This document shows positions 1 through 9,974 of a DNA stretch of 64,000 nucleotides, in pieces; positions within the stretch are counted from its first letter, which is position 1, and each line of letters starts with the position of its first letter. The notes under the pieces are model-generated. The model worked only from the letters and a program-made list of their open reading frames with translations. It did not search any database and was not told the origin of the DNA. This DNA comes from Chrysomallon squamiferum. Taxonomy: Eukaryota > Animalia > Mollusca. The stretch spans positions 3,224,001 through 3,288,000 of the forward strand of contig CM022669.1 of assembly GCA_012295275.1 (NCBI GenBank), written 5' to 3'. Made by a program: the position numbers and the translations under genes.

Positions 1-94
1 CCATGTTGCTCTTCACAGACCCTACAAGAAGTTGTTGTTGACGATCCTGACACAATACATCAGCCACTGCCTGGGTTTCAGTTACATCTCCAAT
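1..94 (-). CDS. FAS/PKS-like exon 8, partial (IGDVTETQAVADVLC...LLVGSVKSNMG)
   Basis: TGACAG acceptor; GSVKSNMG(H) motif cut by the window edge. Confidence 0.92.
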   Translation of the reverse strand, partial: MGDVTETQAVADVLCQDRQQQLLVGSVKSNM

Positions 95-3000
95 CTGTCA
101 GAAACAACATACAAATGCATCTTTAAAATTGCTATAGCATATAATGTTGAATTTTAACTGCAAATTTTCCCAACAGTGATAAAAGATTCATTTTTGTGAA
201 TCTTTGGTAACATAACAGGAACTAAATAACGAATTAATTTCCATAATTTTACATGTTTAAAACTTTCGTACTCAGCATTAGAGATATAATTTTGTAATAA
301 TACTGTGAGAAAGTAAACTGCTACCATTACATGGACTGTTTTTATACGTTACCAGCTTGGGACATTATTTCGACAGAAAAGCACCTACTACGTCCACCTG
401 CTCCAGACAATAAAAATGGTGGAATAAAAATAAACAATAATCAGTGGTTTGAAAACTGCATTATCGCCTTCACTGAAGATGAAGCAAAATATATCTGTCC
501 AAAGCTGATAAAGATTTGATTAATTCTGAAGAAAATTAAACAAAATATTAAGAAAACCAAAATGAATAAAATAAACTGTTATTTAAAACCTCCAGTATAA
601 TAATAACTCCTAAAATGTAAGGTCTTTTCTACCTGTGTTCCAGATCCATGCATCTCTATATAAGCTAGATCTTTAGTCTTAATTCCAGTTCTTGTGTAAA
701 TTGTTTGGAGCAAAAACTTCAGAGAATGAAGGCCTGGGTGAGTAATACCTGCAAGTTGAAAGAAAACAAGGCTAACATTGCTTACTTTTTAACATCAAAT
801 GAAGGGTTAAGAATCAAAGTAGTGTGTAGCCTCAAACAATTACAAAATGAGTTTGGATCAAACAAGAGTGGAGATTAATAATATCAGACAATGACAGAAC
901 TGTCTGAACTAATCAGATTTGACTGCACTCATGAAAAACATCTTAAATATTCCTGTTACGGTTTTTTGTTTGTTGATTTGTGTTTGTGTTTTTGTTGTCG
1001 TTTCTTTTTCTTTTTTTTAAATACTTAAATAATTTTAACAGTATTCAGTCATTTTAAAAATGGTTTGTTAAACTATGTTTTTTATATCTCCTTAGTAAAA
1101 CTAATTTTTTTTAATCATTAAATCATTTTTTTTTAAATGAGTTTCTTAGAACACCAAGACACATTTTAATATTAATGGTTATTAGATGTGGAAGTTTTTA
1201 TAACAATAAACTGGTTAAATGAAACCTGATGACAGTCTAATACATCAGTAACACATTACCTTCCTCTTTATAACCATCACAGTTAATGGCTATGTCTATC
1301 AGTGATGCATAAATTCTTCTACAGGTAGACTCAGAGCTGGAAAAAATATAAATATTTTATAATCCTACAGCACACAGTAATAGTAATATCCTATATAACT
1401 AAATCATTACATATGAAGAATTATTAGGTGTCATCATTTCATTTTTGCATTATATGGCTTATAAATTTAAATTAAATTACACATACACATACAAAGGACT
1501 TTAAGGGATATATTGTTAATTTGCACTGTAAGTTTTGTTCCTTTCATTTCTAATCATTTAAAATGAAAAATCACAACTGGGACCGATATAAAATTAGTCT
1601 GTTAACCAGTGTGTACAGTTATAAAATAGTGTGTTGTTTAGAATGTGGTAAGGGTCATGCTGTAGTTACTGAAAAAGCTGATTAATTTCATGTCAAAAGG
1701 ATGATGACCTAAAAGTTTGAGGCTTGTATTACAACATATCTCTGTACCATGTGTCACAGCACCAAGTATCATTGCAACATGTTTCAGTGTACCATGTGTC
1801 ACAGCACCAAGTATCATTGCAACATGTTTCAGTGTACCATGTGTCACAGCACCAAGTATCATTGCAACATGTTTCAGTGTACCATGTGTCACTGGACCGA
1901 GTATCATTGCAACATGTTTCAGTGTACCATGTGTCACTGGACCGAGTATCATTGCAACATGTTTCAGTGTACCATGTGTCACTGGACCGAGTATCATTGC
2001 AACATGTTTCAGTGTACCATGTGTCACTGGACCGAGTATCATTGCAACATGTTTCAGTGTACCATGTGTCACTGGACCAAGTATCATTGGAACATGTTTC
2101 AGTGTACCATGTGTCACTGGACCAAGTATCATTGGAACATGTTTCAGTGTACCTTGTGTCACTGGACCAAGTATCATTGGAACATGTTTCAGTGTACCTT
2201 GTGTCACTGGACCAAGTATCATTGCAACATGTTTCAGTGTACCTTGTGTCACTGGACCACGTATCATTGCAACATGTTTCAACATGATACCTTGTTTCAC
2301 TGGATCATGCATTTAAAACTTACTACAAATCTAAAATTAAGTACATTTATTTTATAATTAACCTTTTTCACTTTGTGAATGTTTGTTCTGAGGGTGAAGA
2401 AAACAATAAAACCTCACCTTGACAAAAACATGGCTGCCACCCCATCTGATCTAACATAACCATTGGCACTAACATCATAGACATGGCTGTCTCCTGTTGG
2501 ACTGAGCATGTTGAGCCGATGAAATCGCAGCGAGACATTAGGACTTATAACAAGATTGATGCCTAAAATCAAATAATGAAAATTACTTGACTACAGAACT
2601 GCAAAAATAAAATCTTACAATTAGTCTTAGTATACATTATGGCAACAGTAGTCATTGGGTTTTTTAGTTATATTATAATATAGTAAATATAAGACGGCAG
2701 TTGATGGATGTACATACTGACTGAGAAATTTCCATTCATTATATATTTTCTGATTAATTCTTACATATGTGGCCTAATATATCGAAAGTCACATACATAA
2801 ATTTTACTGGACTTGTTATCTATTTGTTTATTTATTTATCTCCCTCTTTGCTTAATTATTAATAATTTATTTATTTATTTGTTTATTTATTTATTTCCCT
2901 ATTAAATAGTTAGGTTTCAGAATGATCATTTAGGTTTCTTAGTTTTCAAACTGATTATAACTGATACCAGCAACAATGGCTTGTTTGCATCGTCCCATTA

Positions 3001-5001
3001 CCAGATCACCAACGGCCACATCGAGAGCAGCAAATGAAGAGGTGCATGCTGCATCGACACTGACAACAGGCCCATCACATCCAAACATCTGACTTAGCTG
3101 ACTGATCAGCTCAGACTTCACATTCACTGAGACAACATAAACATTGAGTAAATATTCACAATGTTATATAACACAAACTTGGCAATCACATATAAAATTC
3201 AAACTGAAAATATTACAGGTGTGTAATTTTGTCATGTTGTATTTATTATAAAGTAAGCAGTAACACATGCAGGTTGAAATGTGGTCTAATGCCAGTCTAT
3301 TTATTTTAGGGGAATGAAAAAAATGTCTACTTTTAATAACCAGTGCCTTTATCTCTATACCAACACCCTTTCTTTCTTCTTTTTCATTCGTTTTTTTTTA
3401 AATTAAAAGAAAAAAGATTTGTTTCAGAAATTAAGGAGGTCACTTTCATTTTCTATCAAGTATTTTATTAAAAAAAATAATGATAATAAATAAATAAATA
3501 AAAACAAATTTACCTATTCAGTATATTATCTGTTACATTTATAAATGACTTATTGTGCATTAGCAATACAAAGTGACTGTCAGTTACAAAAATATTTAAA
3601 TTTCTAAGACTATCATTTGCTATACGTATACAAACAAGAGTAATAGATCAGTGTTCAAGTGTACTTACACCATCCAGAATCAGCAATGAGAGACGTGGTG
3701 ACTTCATCTAAATCAGAAAACGTACAAGCAAGGTACAGTCCTGTCTTACTAGACTCAATGTCGTTCAAGGTCAAGCCGGTGTCTACAATGCATTCATGAA
3801 CCACTTCAAGAAGCTGTCGGCACATCACACTTAAATGTTTAGCCTGTAGTTGTAAAAGAAAACATTTTTAAACCATTTTTATGAAATTTATTTTTACATC
3901 TTGTATATGGAATGAGGAAAATTTCTGTTAATTAGTGTCGAATAAAAATTCTTGAAATTTTTTAATATAAAAAAGAAAATAAGTTGTTGAAAAATAAAAT
4001 AATGAATTACAAAAATATTTCAAAATGTTAGTTTAAGATAGATAATTATTTTTATTTTTCAAAAAGTCTGAATTATAATTGCAGTAACAAACAACTTTCT
4101 ACAACAAATTTTGTATTCATATTCAATTATGAAGAGTAAATTTTCCAACTGTTTTACCTCCATTTCAGGAATTTTGAAGTATTTGGCATCAAACATGTTT
4201 ATATCTGGAATGTGGCCAGTTCTTGGGGGTAACCCACACAAGCCTGCAGGCCACACATTGTCATCCAACATGTCGACTCCATTTATCAAGTTTTCCCAGA
4301 ATTCCTGGAAAACAAGGCAGGTCCTGATTACAATTAAACATTTGGAGTTTTCTCTTGACTATTAGTTTCATACATTTCATAGAAAACTGCATTATGTTCA
4401 GCTGTATGTTTTTCTTATTGGAGAATGTATATATAATGTAGTATTTATATTTTGGTAAATAATAGTTTGAATTTATATTTTGCTTGTAAACATTCCTGGA
4501 CCTGACTACTTTTAGTTTTTATTATTTTTTTTTTGATTGATTTCCTTTTATATGTACATATGTAACAAGTTTGATAAAACAAAAAACCATTAACAATAAT
4601 TAACATTAAAATTTAGATTCAGTTACTGTACTTAATTCAAACTAATTTGGAGTATTCTTTTTTTCTTTTTAATAAATGCCTTGATTCTGAATATTATTAG
4701 AATTTTAAACAAACCATCCTTTCCTCTGCATGGATTTGTTTTGCATTTTGGAGGTGGGTTTTTGCAACAAGTTCATCTGTTAGTTTTATTGTTAATTTTG
4801 TTAACGTCTATCAAATTGGGCTTCTATGCTATACTAAAGCTTTGGGCCTTGCTGTGTCTACATCCAGAGCTGACGACAATATAATATTTAATTTAAATCA
4901 TAAATGATATTTTTTTAATAGTAATAACTTACATTCACATTTGATGATTTGGGGAATCGACAAGCAATTCCAGAAATATATGCTTTCACTTGACCAGTCA
5001 T
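1..5001 (-). CDS. Type I FAS-like/polyketide synthase, N-terminal ketosynthase (KS) domain; 8 coding exons, 3'-truncated by the window edge
   Basis: Manual splicing: complement(join(4933-5001,4158-4304,3669-3843,2968-3126,2418-2562,1260-1336,633-748,<1-94)). All introns are GT-AG with matching phases, giving 327 codons with no stop. Translation shows KS motifs AYISGIACRFPKS, EFWENL..GVDM, GPVVSVDAACTSS (catalytic Cys), ANGYVRSDG, DGYKEEGITHP, YIEMHGSGTQIGD (catalytic His) and LLVGSVKSNMG at the edge. Confidence 0.93.
633..748 (-). CDS. FAS/PKS-like exon 7 carrying a catalytic His (YIEMHGSGTQ)
   Basis: TTGCAG acceptor, GTAGAA donor, phases 1/0. Confidence 0.92.
1260..1336 (-). CDS. FAS/PKS-like exon 6 (RRIYASLIDIAINCDGYKEEG)
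   Basis: TTCCAG acceptor, GTAATG donor, phases 2/1. Confidence 0.9.
1730..2310. repeat. 45-bp minisatellite, 12 full copies plus degenerate ends, in intron 5 of the FAS/PKS-like gene
   Basis: Unit TGTACCATGTGTCACTGGACCGAGTATCATTGCAACATGTTTCAG and variants; GTGTCAC recurs at 1751, 1796, 1841 ... 2246. Confidence 0.97.
2418..2562 (-). CDS. FAS/PKS-like exon 5 (GINLVISPN...ANGYVRSDGVAAMFLS)
   Basis: TTTAG acceptor, GTGAGG donor, phases 1/2. Confidence 0.92.
2968..3126 (-). CDS. FAS/PKS-like exon 4 carrying the catalytic Cys (DAACTSS)
   Basis: TCTCAG acceptor, GTATCA donor; overlaps track ORF 2939-3127. Confidence 0.92.
3669..3843 (-). CDS. FAS/PKS-like exon 3 (AKHLSVMCRQLLEVVHECIVDTG...ADSGW)
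   Basis: CTACAG acceptor, GTAAGT donor, 175 nt, ends in phase 1. Confidence 0.88.
4158..4304 (-). CDS. FAS/PKS-like exon 2 (EFWENLINGVDM...YFKIPEME)
   Basis: TTCCAG acceptor, GTAAAA donor, 147 nt. Confidence 0.9.
4933..5001 (-). CDS. FAS/PKS-like exon 1 (MTGQVKAYISGIACRFPKSSNVN)
   Basis: ATG at 5001, GTAAGT donor, phase 0. Confidence 0.88.
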
Positions 5002-5560
5002 TTTGCTGCTGCTGTTTATGTTGTTGCTGTTACTTTAAAACATACTGCCATAGATTCTGAAACATCAATACATTAACTATTTATAATTTTTAAATTACAA
5101 TAATAAGAAAGAAAGAACATAAATTTGTTTCAAAAAAATGGAAAACAAAACATTAATACGACAGTATACCTGTTTCAGTTTACTTTAATAATGTTGGGAA
5201 ATCCGAATACTGTTACAAATCATAGGAATCCCAGTCACGGAAACATTACCGTTTAAGAAAAGTAGTCATTGGTATCATTAGAAACAGCATTCGAGAGCTC
5301 ACTTTAAGAGGCCATTATTATTATTATTATTACTTTAATTGTTATTATTATTAAAGTATTTGATAATCATGAGCAGAGCAAATGCCACCCCAGCTACATG
5401 GCCGCGCCTGAAATAGACAGTACTATTATAGTCATAGTTAACACGTTTTCTTTTCTGTTATTATCTTAAATAATTTTAACACTGAAAACACGATAATAAA
5501 TTATAACGCTCAAAATAGATAATCTTAGTAACTAAAAGACTAAATTATTATTGTATGTAC

Positions 5561-5725
5561 CTGTTTTACATGAAAATTAAATGTAAACTCAAGAAAATTC
5601 AGTTCCAACTGAGAACAAAATGTCCGCAGTTGTCTGCCGGTTTCGAGGCTGACCCAGCACGTGCGATTTCCGATAACATAGTCCGTGCAGACTGAGTATA
5701 TTTTTTGAATGCGCTTCAGTCCGAT
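5561..5725 (-). promoter_or_regulatory. Candidate promoter / non-coding first exon of the FAS/PKS-like gene
   Basis: Local CpG enrichment in AT-rich background; E-box CACGTG at 5658-5663; minus-strand CAG|GTACAT donor at ~5560; acceptor GTTTCAG at 5057 upstream of the ATG. Confidence 0.4.
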
Positions 5726-5755
5726 TTAGAAATATAATTTTTTCATAACTATTTA

Positions 5756-5804
<49 letters not shown>

Positions 5805-6189
5805 ATATGTTTCATATTTACAATATTCTTCTTCTTCCTCTGAATATTTGAACGATCAGTTATGGGCCTGGGTGGTCACTCTCCTAGTTTCCCTCCACCA
5901 TATACTTATAGGAGATGCAGATTACAGTTATAATTAAAGCTTTAGCCCTGTGTCTTAAGACATAAAGAAACTATTATAATATGATATATTAAGACCATAA
6001 TTTTCTGAACGCATTGATGTCACTGGCCAGGAAATCATGCGATGCAAAATAAGTAAGTTACTTAATAAACATTGACTTTTAAATATTTTAAATGTTCTAA
6101 AGGTTTTATTTTTTTATTTTTTTTTTTTTTTTTTTAGTATTAGATTCCTTTAAATGCCAAACGGAGCTTCAAAATATGTGAGTAGTTGA

Positions 6190-6224
6190 GATGAGCCAGG
6201 ACCCCAAAAGGTTGATAACCACTG
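6190..6224. mobile_element. hAT-type MITE terminal fragment
   Basis: GGACCCCAAAAGGTTGATAACCACTG resembles the ...AAAGGTTGAGAACCACTG end typical of hAT/Charlie MITEs; partner end not found. Confidence 0.35.
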
Positions 6225-6461
6225 GTCTAACATGAAATGTAATGTTAAATTATATCCCTTTCTTTTTCTTCTTCTTCTTCTTTTTTTGACCATTACAGCA
6301 AAGATTCTACGACATGGTTGCAAAAGTAAGCGTTTACTACCTGTGGGACGGTGCATAATTTTAACAGATCCCGATATTAGAAAGGAGTAAAACATGGAAT
6401 GGTGCCATTGGTGTTGCTATTGTTTTTATTTCGCTTTATCGAGTAAAACTGAAACATATCA

Positions 6462-6635
6462 TCACCAACATCGTTGTGCAACCTTGGTGTCCCATTGTCG
6501 GGTGAAATCCACGGCATGTTACTACATCTTACTATCTTACGCTCTCCTCTGTCAGACGGTTTTTGTTCCAGTACTCATCCTGTTCATCACTACATCATCT
6601 CGAAGGTCTTCGTCTTGATCACTTCCCTTCATGAT
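6462..6635 (-). mobile_element. Decayed 3' end of an RTE-like non-LTR retroelement
   Basis: The reverse strand reads like a degenerate RTE C-terminal/3' tail next to a (CAT/CAC/CAA) trinucleotide tail; recognised by eye only. Confidence 0.4.
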
Positions 6636-6769
6636 AATAAGAAAAAGAAAAAGAAGAATAGTAGTGGTAGTACTAGTAAAGATAACCACTGTAATATTCG
6701 ATATGATTTCCAGTGGTGAGGCGCGATGCCCATCAGTTTCTGCTGATATGCTCATCCGAAAATATTACA

Positions 6770-7160
6770 ATTATGATGAATGCTGTTTTCAGTTGCTTCG
6801 CCGTAAAATAAATAGAACGTCAACAATGGATGTGACATGAATTGGTATGAGGTCAACAATGGACATAACGTCATTGCAATTAACTTAGGAGTATGTTGAT
6901 TTGTTGAAGAAAATACGACAACTTGCAGCCGAACATGAAAAAGATAGTGGCAATGGATTGAACATATGCTCCGTCAACGAACACCATCTATAAACAGGCA
7001 AGCTGTGACAGGGAATCCATAAGAAAAAGAAAAGAAAAAAAAGAGAGAACGTGCAAGAAACGTGGAGAAGAAAGCTCCAAGTGTACATTGGTACTTTGGA
7101 CAACTCTGAAGAGCTCTTGTCAACGGCCTGTTTCCCACAGTGGATTATGGACACAGTTAA
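6770..7160 (+). mobile_element. Decayed 3' end of an RTE-clade LINE ORF2
   Basis: Degenerate translation LLRRKINRT...KR*WQWIEHMLRQRTPSINRQAVTGNP...RALVNGL matches the RTE C-terminal pattern CLRRIL...RRWRWIGHTLR..SITRQALTWNPQGKR...WRALV.GLC; has stops and frameshifts. Confidence 0.7.
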
Positions 7161-7819
7161 GCAAACTGTATTTGGATTTCTTATCGACTGATTTGTGCAG
7201 GAGATAGTTTTATGAAATCCAGTAGGTAGAGTGTAGGAAAAATGATTTTATTCTGTGGTTCCGAGTTCTTAACAGAGCATTTTTTAGAAAATGCATAAAC
7301 GTATCTGGAATCTATTTTCAATCAAAGGTACCAGAATAATTTATACTGTAATTTGTGTTCTCATTTAAACATGACAGACGACGCTGATCTTATAAACTAA
7401 GTGCACACCACTTTATAAATAGTACACTTTATAATAAGAAAAATAGAATACTACAGAAGTTATATATGTTTATATATATGTGGCGCTTGAATATGTATAT
7501 AATTTTGTGTATCTATATATCTAGGAATGTATACATATGCTTATATTTTATGTCTGCACGCATGAATATGTATTAGTATCTGATATGTATATCAAAACAC
7601 ATGCAGACATGCACAGCAATTGCAGTTACAAGAAGAAAAAGAATGAATAAAAGAGCGCGAAATAAAATAAATAAATAAATAAATTTATAATGTCGAAGAG
7701 AAGTAATGGCTAACGGTACTTTATTTATAAACTTTATGTCGATCATCGAAACACAATTTTTGTTTTTCTTCCTTGTATGTTACAACATCGATAAGGAAAA
7801 GTTCGTTTATTTATTTATT

Positions 7820-7825
<6 letters not shown>

Positions 7826-7882
<57 letters not shown>
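7826..7882. repeat. (ATT)n microsatellite
   Basis: Direct reading. Confidence 0.9.
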
Positions 7883-7959
7883 TATGTATTTATTTATTTA
7901 CTTACTTATTACTGTTTTTCCTTTTCTTCATTTATACATAACAATAATAAATAATAATG

Positions 7960-8100
7960 AAGGCTCGACTAAACGATAAACTGTTTTGTAGCTTCCTTTC
8001 ACTCACTCGCTGTCATCTTGCTCGCTATAATTTAAGCAATATGACCTAGAAACAGACGAACCAAATAAAATGCAACAAGTGAATAACATACGCGGGTAAA
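7960..8100 (+). promoter_or_regulatory. Candidate promoter / first non-coding exon of the zinc-finger gene
   Basis: CpG-containing patch ending in GCGG|GTAAAT, a donor-like site at ~8096; downstream acceptor-like sites at 9720, 9850 and 9945 precede the ATG. Confidence 0.3.
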
Positions 8101-8688
8101 TATTTCATTATGCATACAAATAATTAATGAATTGTAATGGAAAATAAAATTATTTTAGCTAATTCTAATGCAACAGTAAAAGATAATTTTAAGCAATATG
8201 AGGGCATGCAATCTTACAGAAGTAAACATTCCCCATTATACAGCATTATCGTCGTCATCAGGAACACCTCCCTAGATTGCAGATGTCGGCATAGCAGTAT
8301 CATGAGTATGTTTTTGTAATGATTTGCATAAACATCTTTGTCATGAGGTATAAACAACACGACTGTCCGTACATAAAGCTTTTTTATTGTTTGTAATTTC
8401 ATGAACTGAATGCATCTCAAAATCTAAACAACAAAAGATAATCAAAAACTATTTATTAATTGAAGCTGAGCAATACAATTTATTATGTTTACAATTAGGA
8501 CACTGAATTAACAGATTAAACTGGAAAAACACACAAACAAACAATACAACACAACACAAAAACATCAGTTTAGATTAAGATAATTATGTATGTATGTATA
8601 TATGTATGTATGTGTATATATATGTGTGTGTAATATATATATATCTTGTATATGCATCAATTTTGTATAAGGCTGTTTAAATTCTGTT

Positions 8689-8691
<3 letters not shown>

Positions 8692-8741
<50 letters not shown>
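8692..8741. repeat. (TA)n microsatellite
   Basis: Direct reading. Confidence 0.95.
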
Positions 8742-8744
<3 letters not shown>

Positions 8745-9974
8745 ATAATATAATATAATAAGCACACATTCAGTACATACACCAATACACCAGTATTTGT
8801 AAATCATCTATATGATGTTAAATATTAATTTATGTTTATTATTAATAACTTGCCTGTTTTATAATTAATGTTTTAAGTATTGGAGTATATATATAAAAAA
8901 AAAATATATAAAAAATAAAAATATAAAAATTAATAGTAATAAAGTAAAATATAAAATATTAAAAATATTTTGTCCAACATTGGTAGTGATCCACATTTTG
9001 TTATAGTATTACTGTTTTTTATTTTCATTACCGAAAATTGGCAAAACTGAATAAAACCATATTAAGATCTGAACTGATATATATATATATATTGAAAATA
9101 TATAATTTATAGTCTGATAAATTTATGGCTGATATTAAGAGTTCTGGGCAAATTAGAACAAATGGTTTAAAAGGCAGAGAAAGAGTGTAAAAAGAGATTT
9201 CTAGTGTACCAAAATGGTTTGCAGCTTAAACCAACTTATTACTATCTATCTGTCTGGATGTATGTATGTGTGTGTGCATGTGTGTATGTATATATAGATC
9301 ATGAAAAAAAAAAAAAATAAACAATATTACATTTCATTTTACAAAATATCCAAGAACTATTTATCTTCACATTTTCTGATGAAAAAATAAATGATGCCAA
9401 TTATTATTATTATTTTTTTTTAAAGGTATTTTTTAATGAAAATATATTATTTGAATATAAAATAAATGTGATAGATGTCACTTAAATTATGCAATAAATG
9501 TAAGCTGAATTGATATTTCCTATTCATACATAGATTTACAAGTTTCTGCATATATTTAGCATAGATCAGTGTGGTCTGCCTGTTGTCTGTGTGTGTGTGT
9601 GTGCATGCATGCAGAATATTAACAGCTATGGTTAATTAATAATCCCTGTTCAACACACACATGCACACATATGTACATTTATAATGTGATATGATTATAA
9701 TTTTTATTTTTTTATTTTAGATCAGCAAAATAAGAAAAAAGATGCCAGATATTAAGATGCACATCTGCAGGTCATCCATATTTCTTGTAACTTTAATTAT
9801 GCTTTGTTAACTTCATATCAAGAATGATGTACAGTTATCTTTTTTTTCAGATTCAAATGGGTTAACTTAAACCAATGAATTTAGCCTTTACTTCTCTTGC
9901 TGAAGGATGCAGAAATGTGAAAATGGAATGACTTAATTTTTTTAGATCAGAACAATTCCTCTGTGTTACTTGCA

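Noticed and set aside
331-519. 62-aa plus-strand ORF
   Set aside because: It lies antisense within intron 7 of the synthase gene, with no recognisable motif or splice partners.
1638-2357. Four long overlapping ORFs (187-224 aa) with Cys/His-rich repeats; also superficially CRISPR-like periodicity
   Set aside because: They arise from a stop-free 45-bp minisatellite inside an intron. There are no unique spacers or cas genes, and the context is eukaryotic.
1-5001. Calling the gene FASN, or a bacterial PKS
   Set aside because: Too many conserved FASN motifs are altered to assign the symbol, and spliceosomal introns rule out a bacterial origin for this contig.
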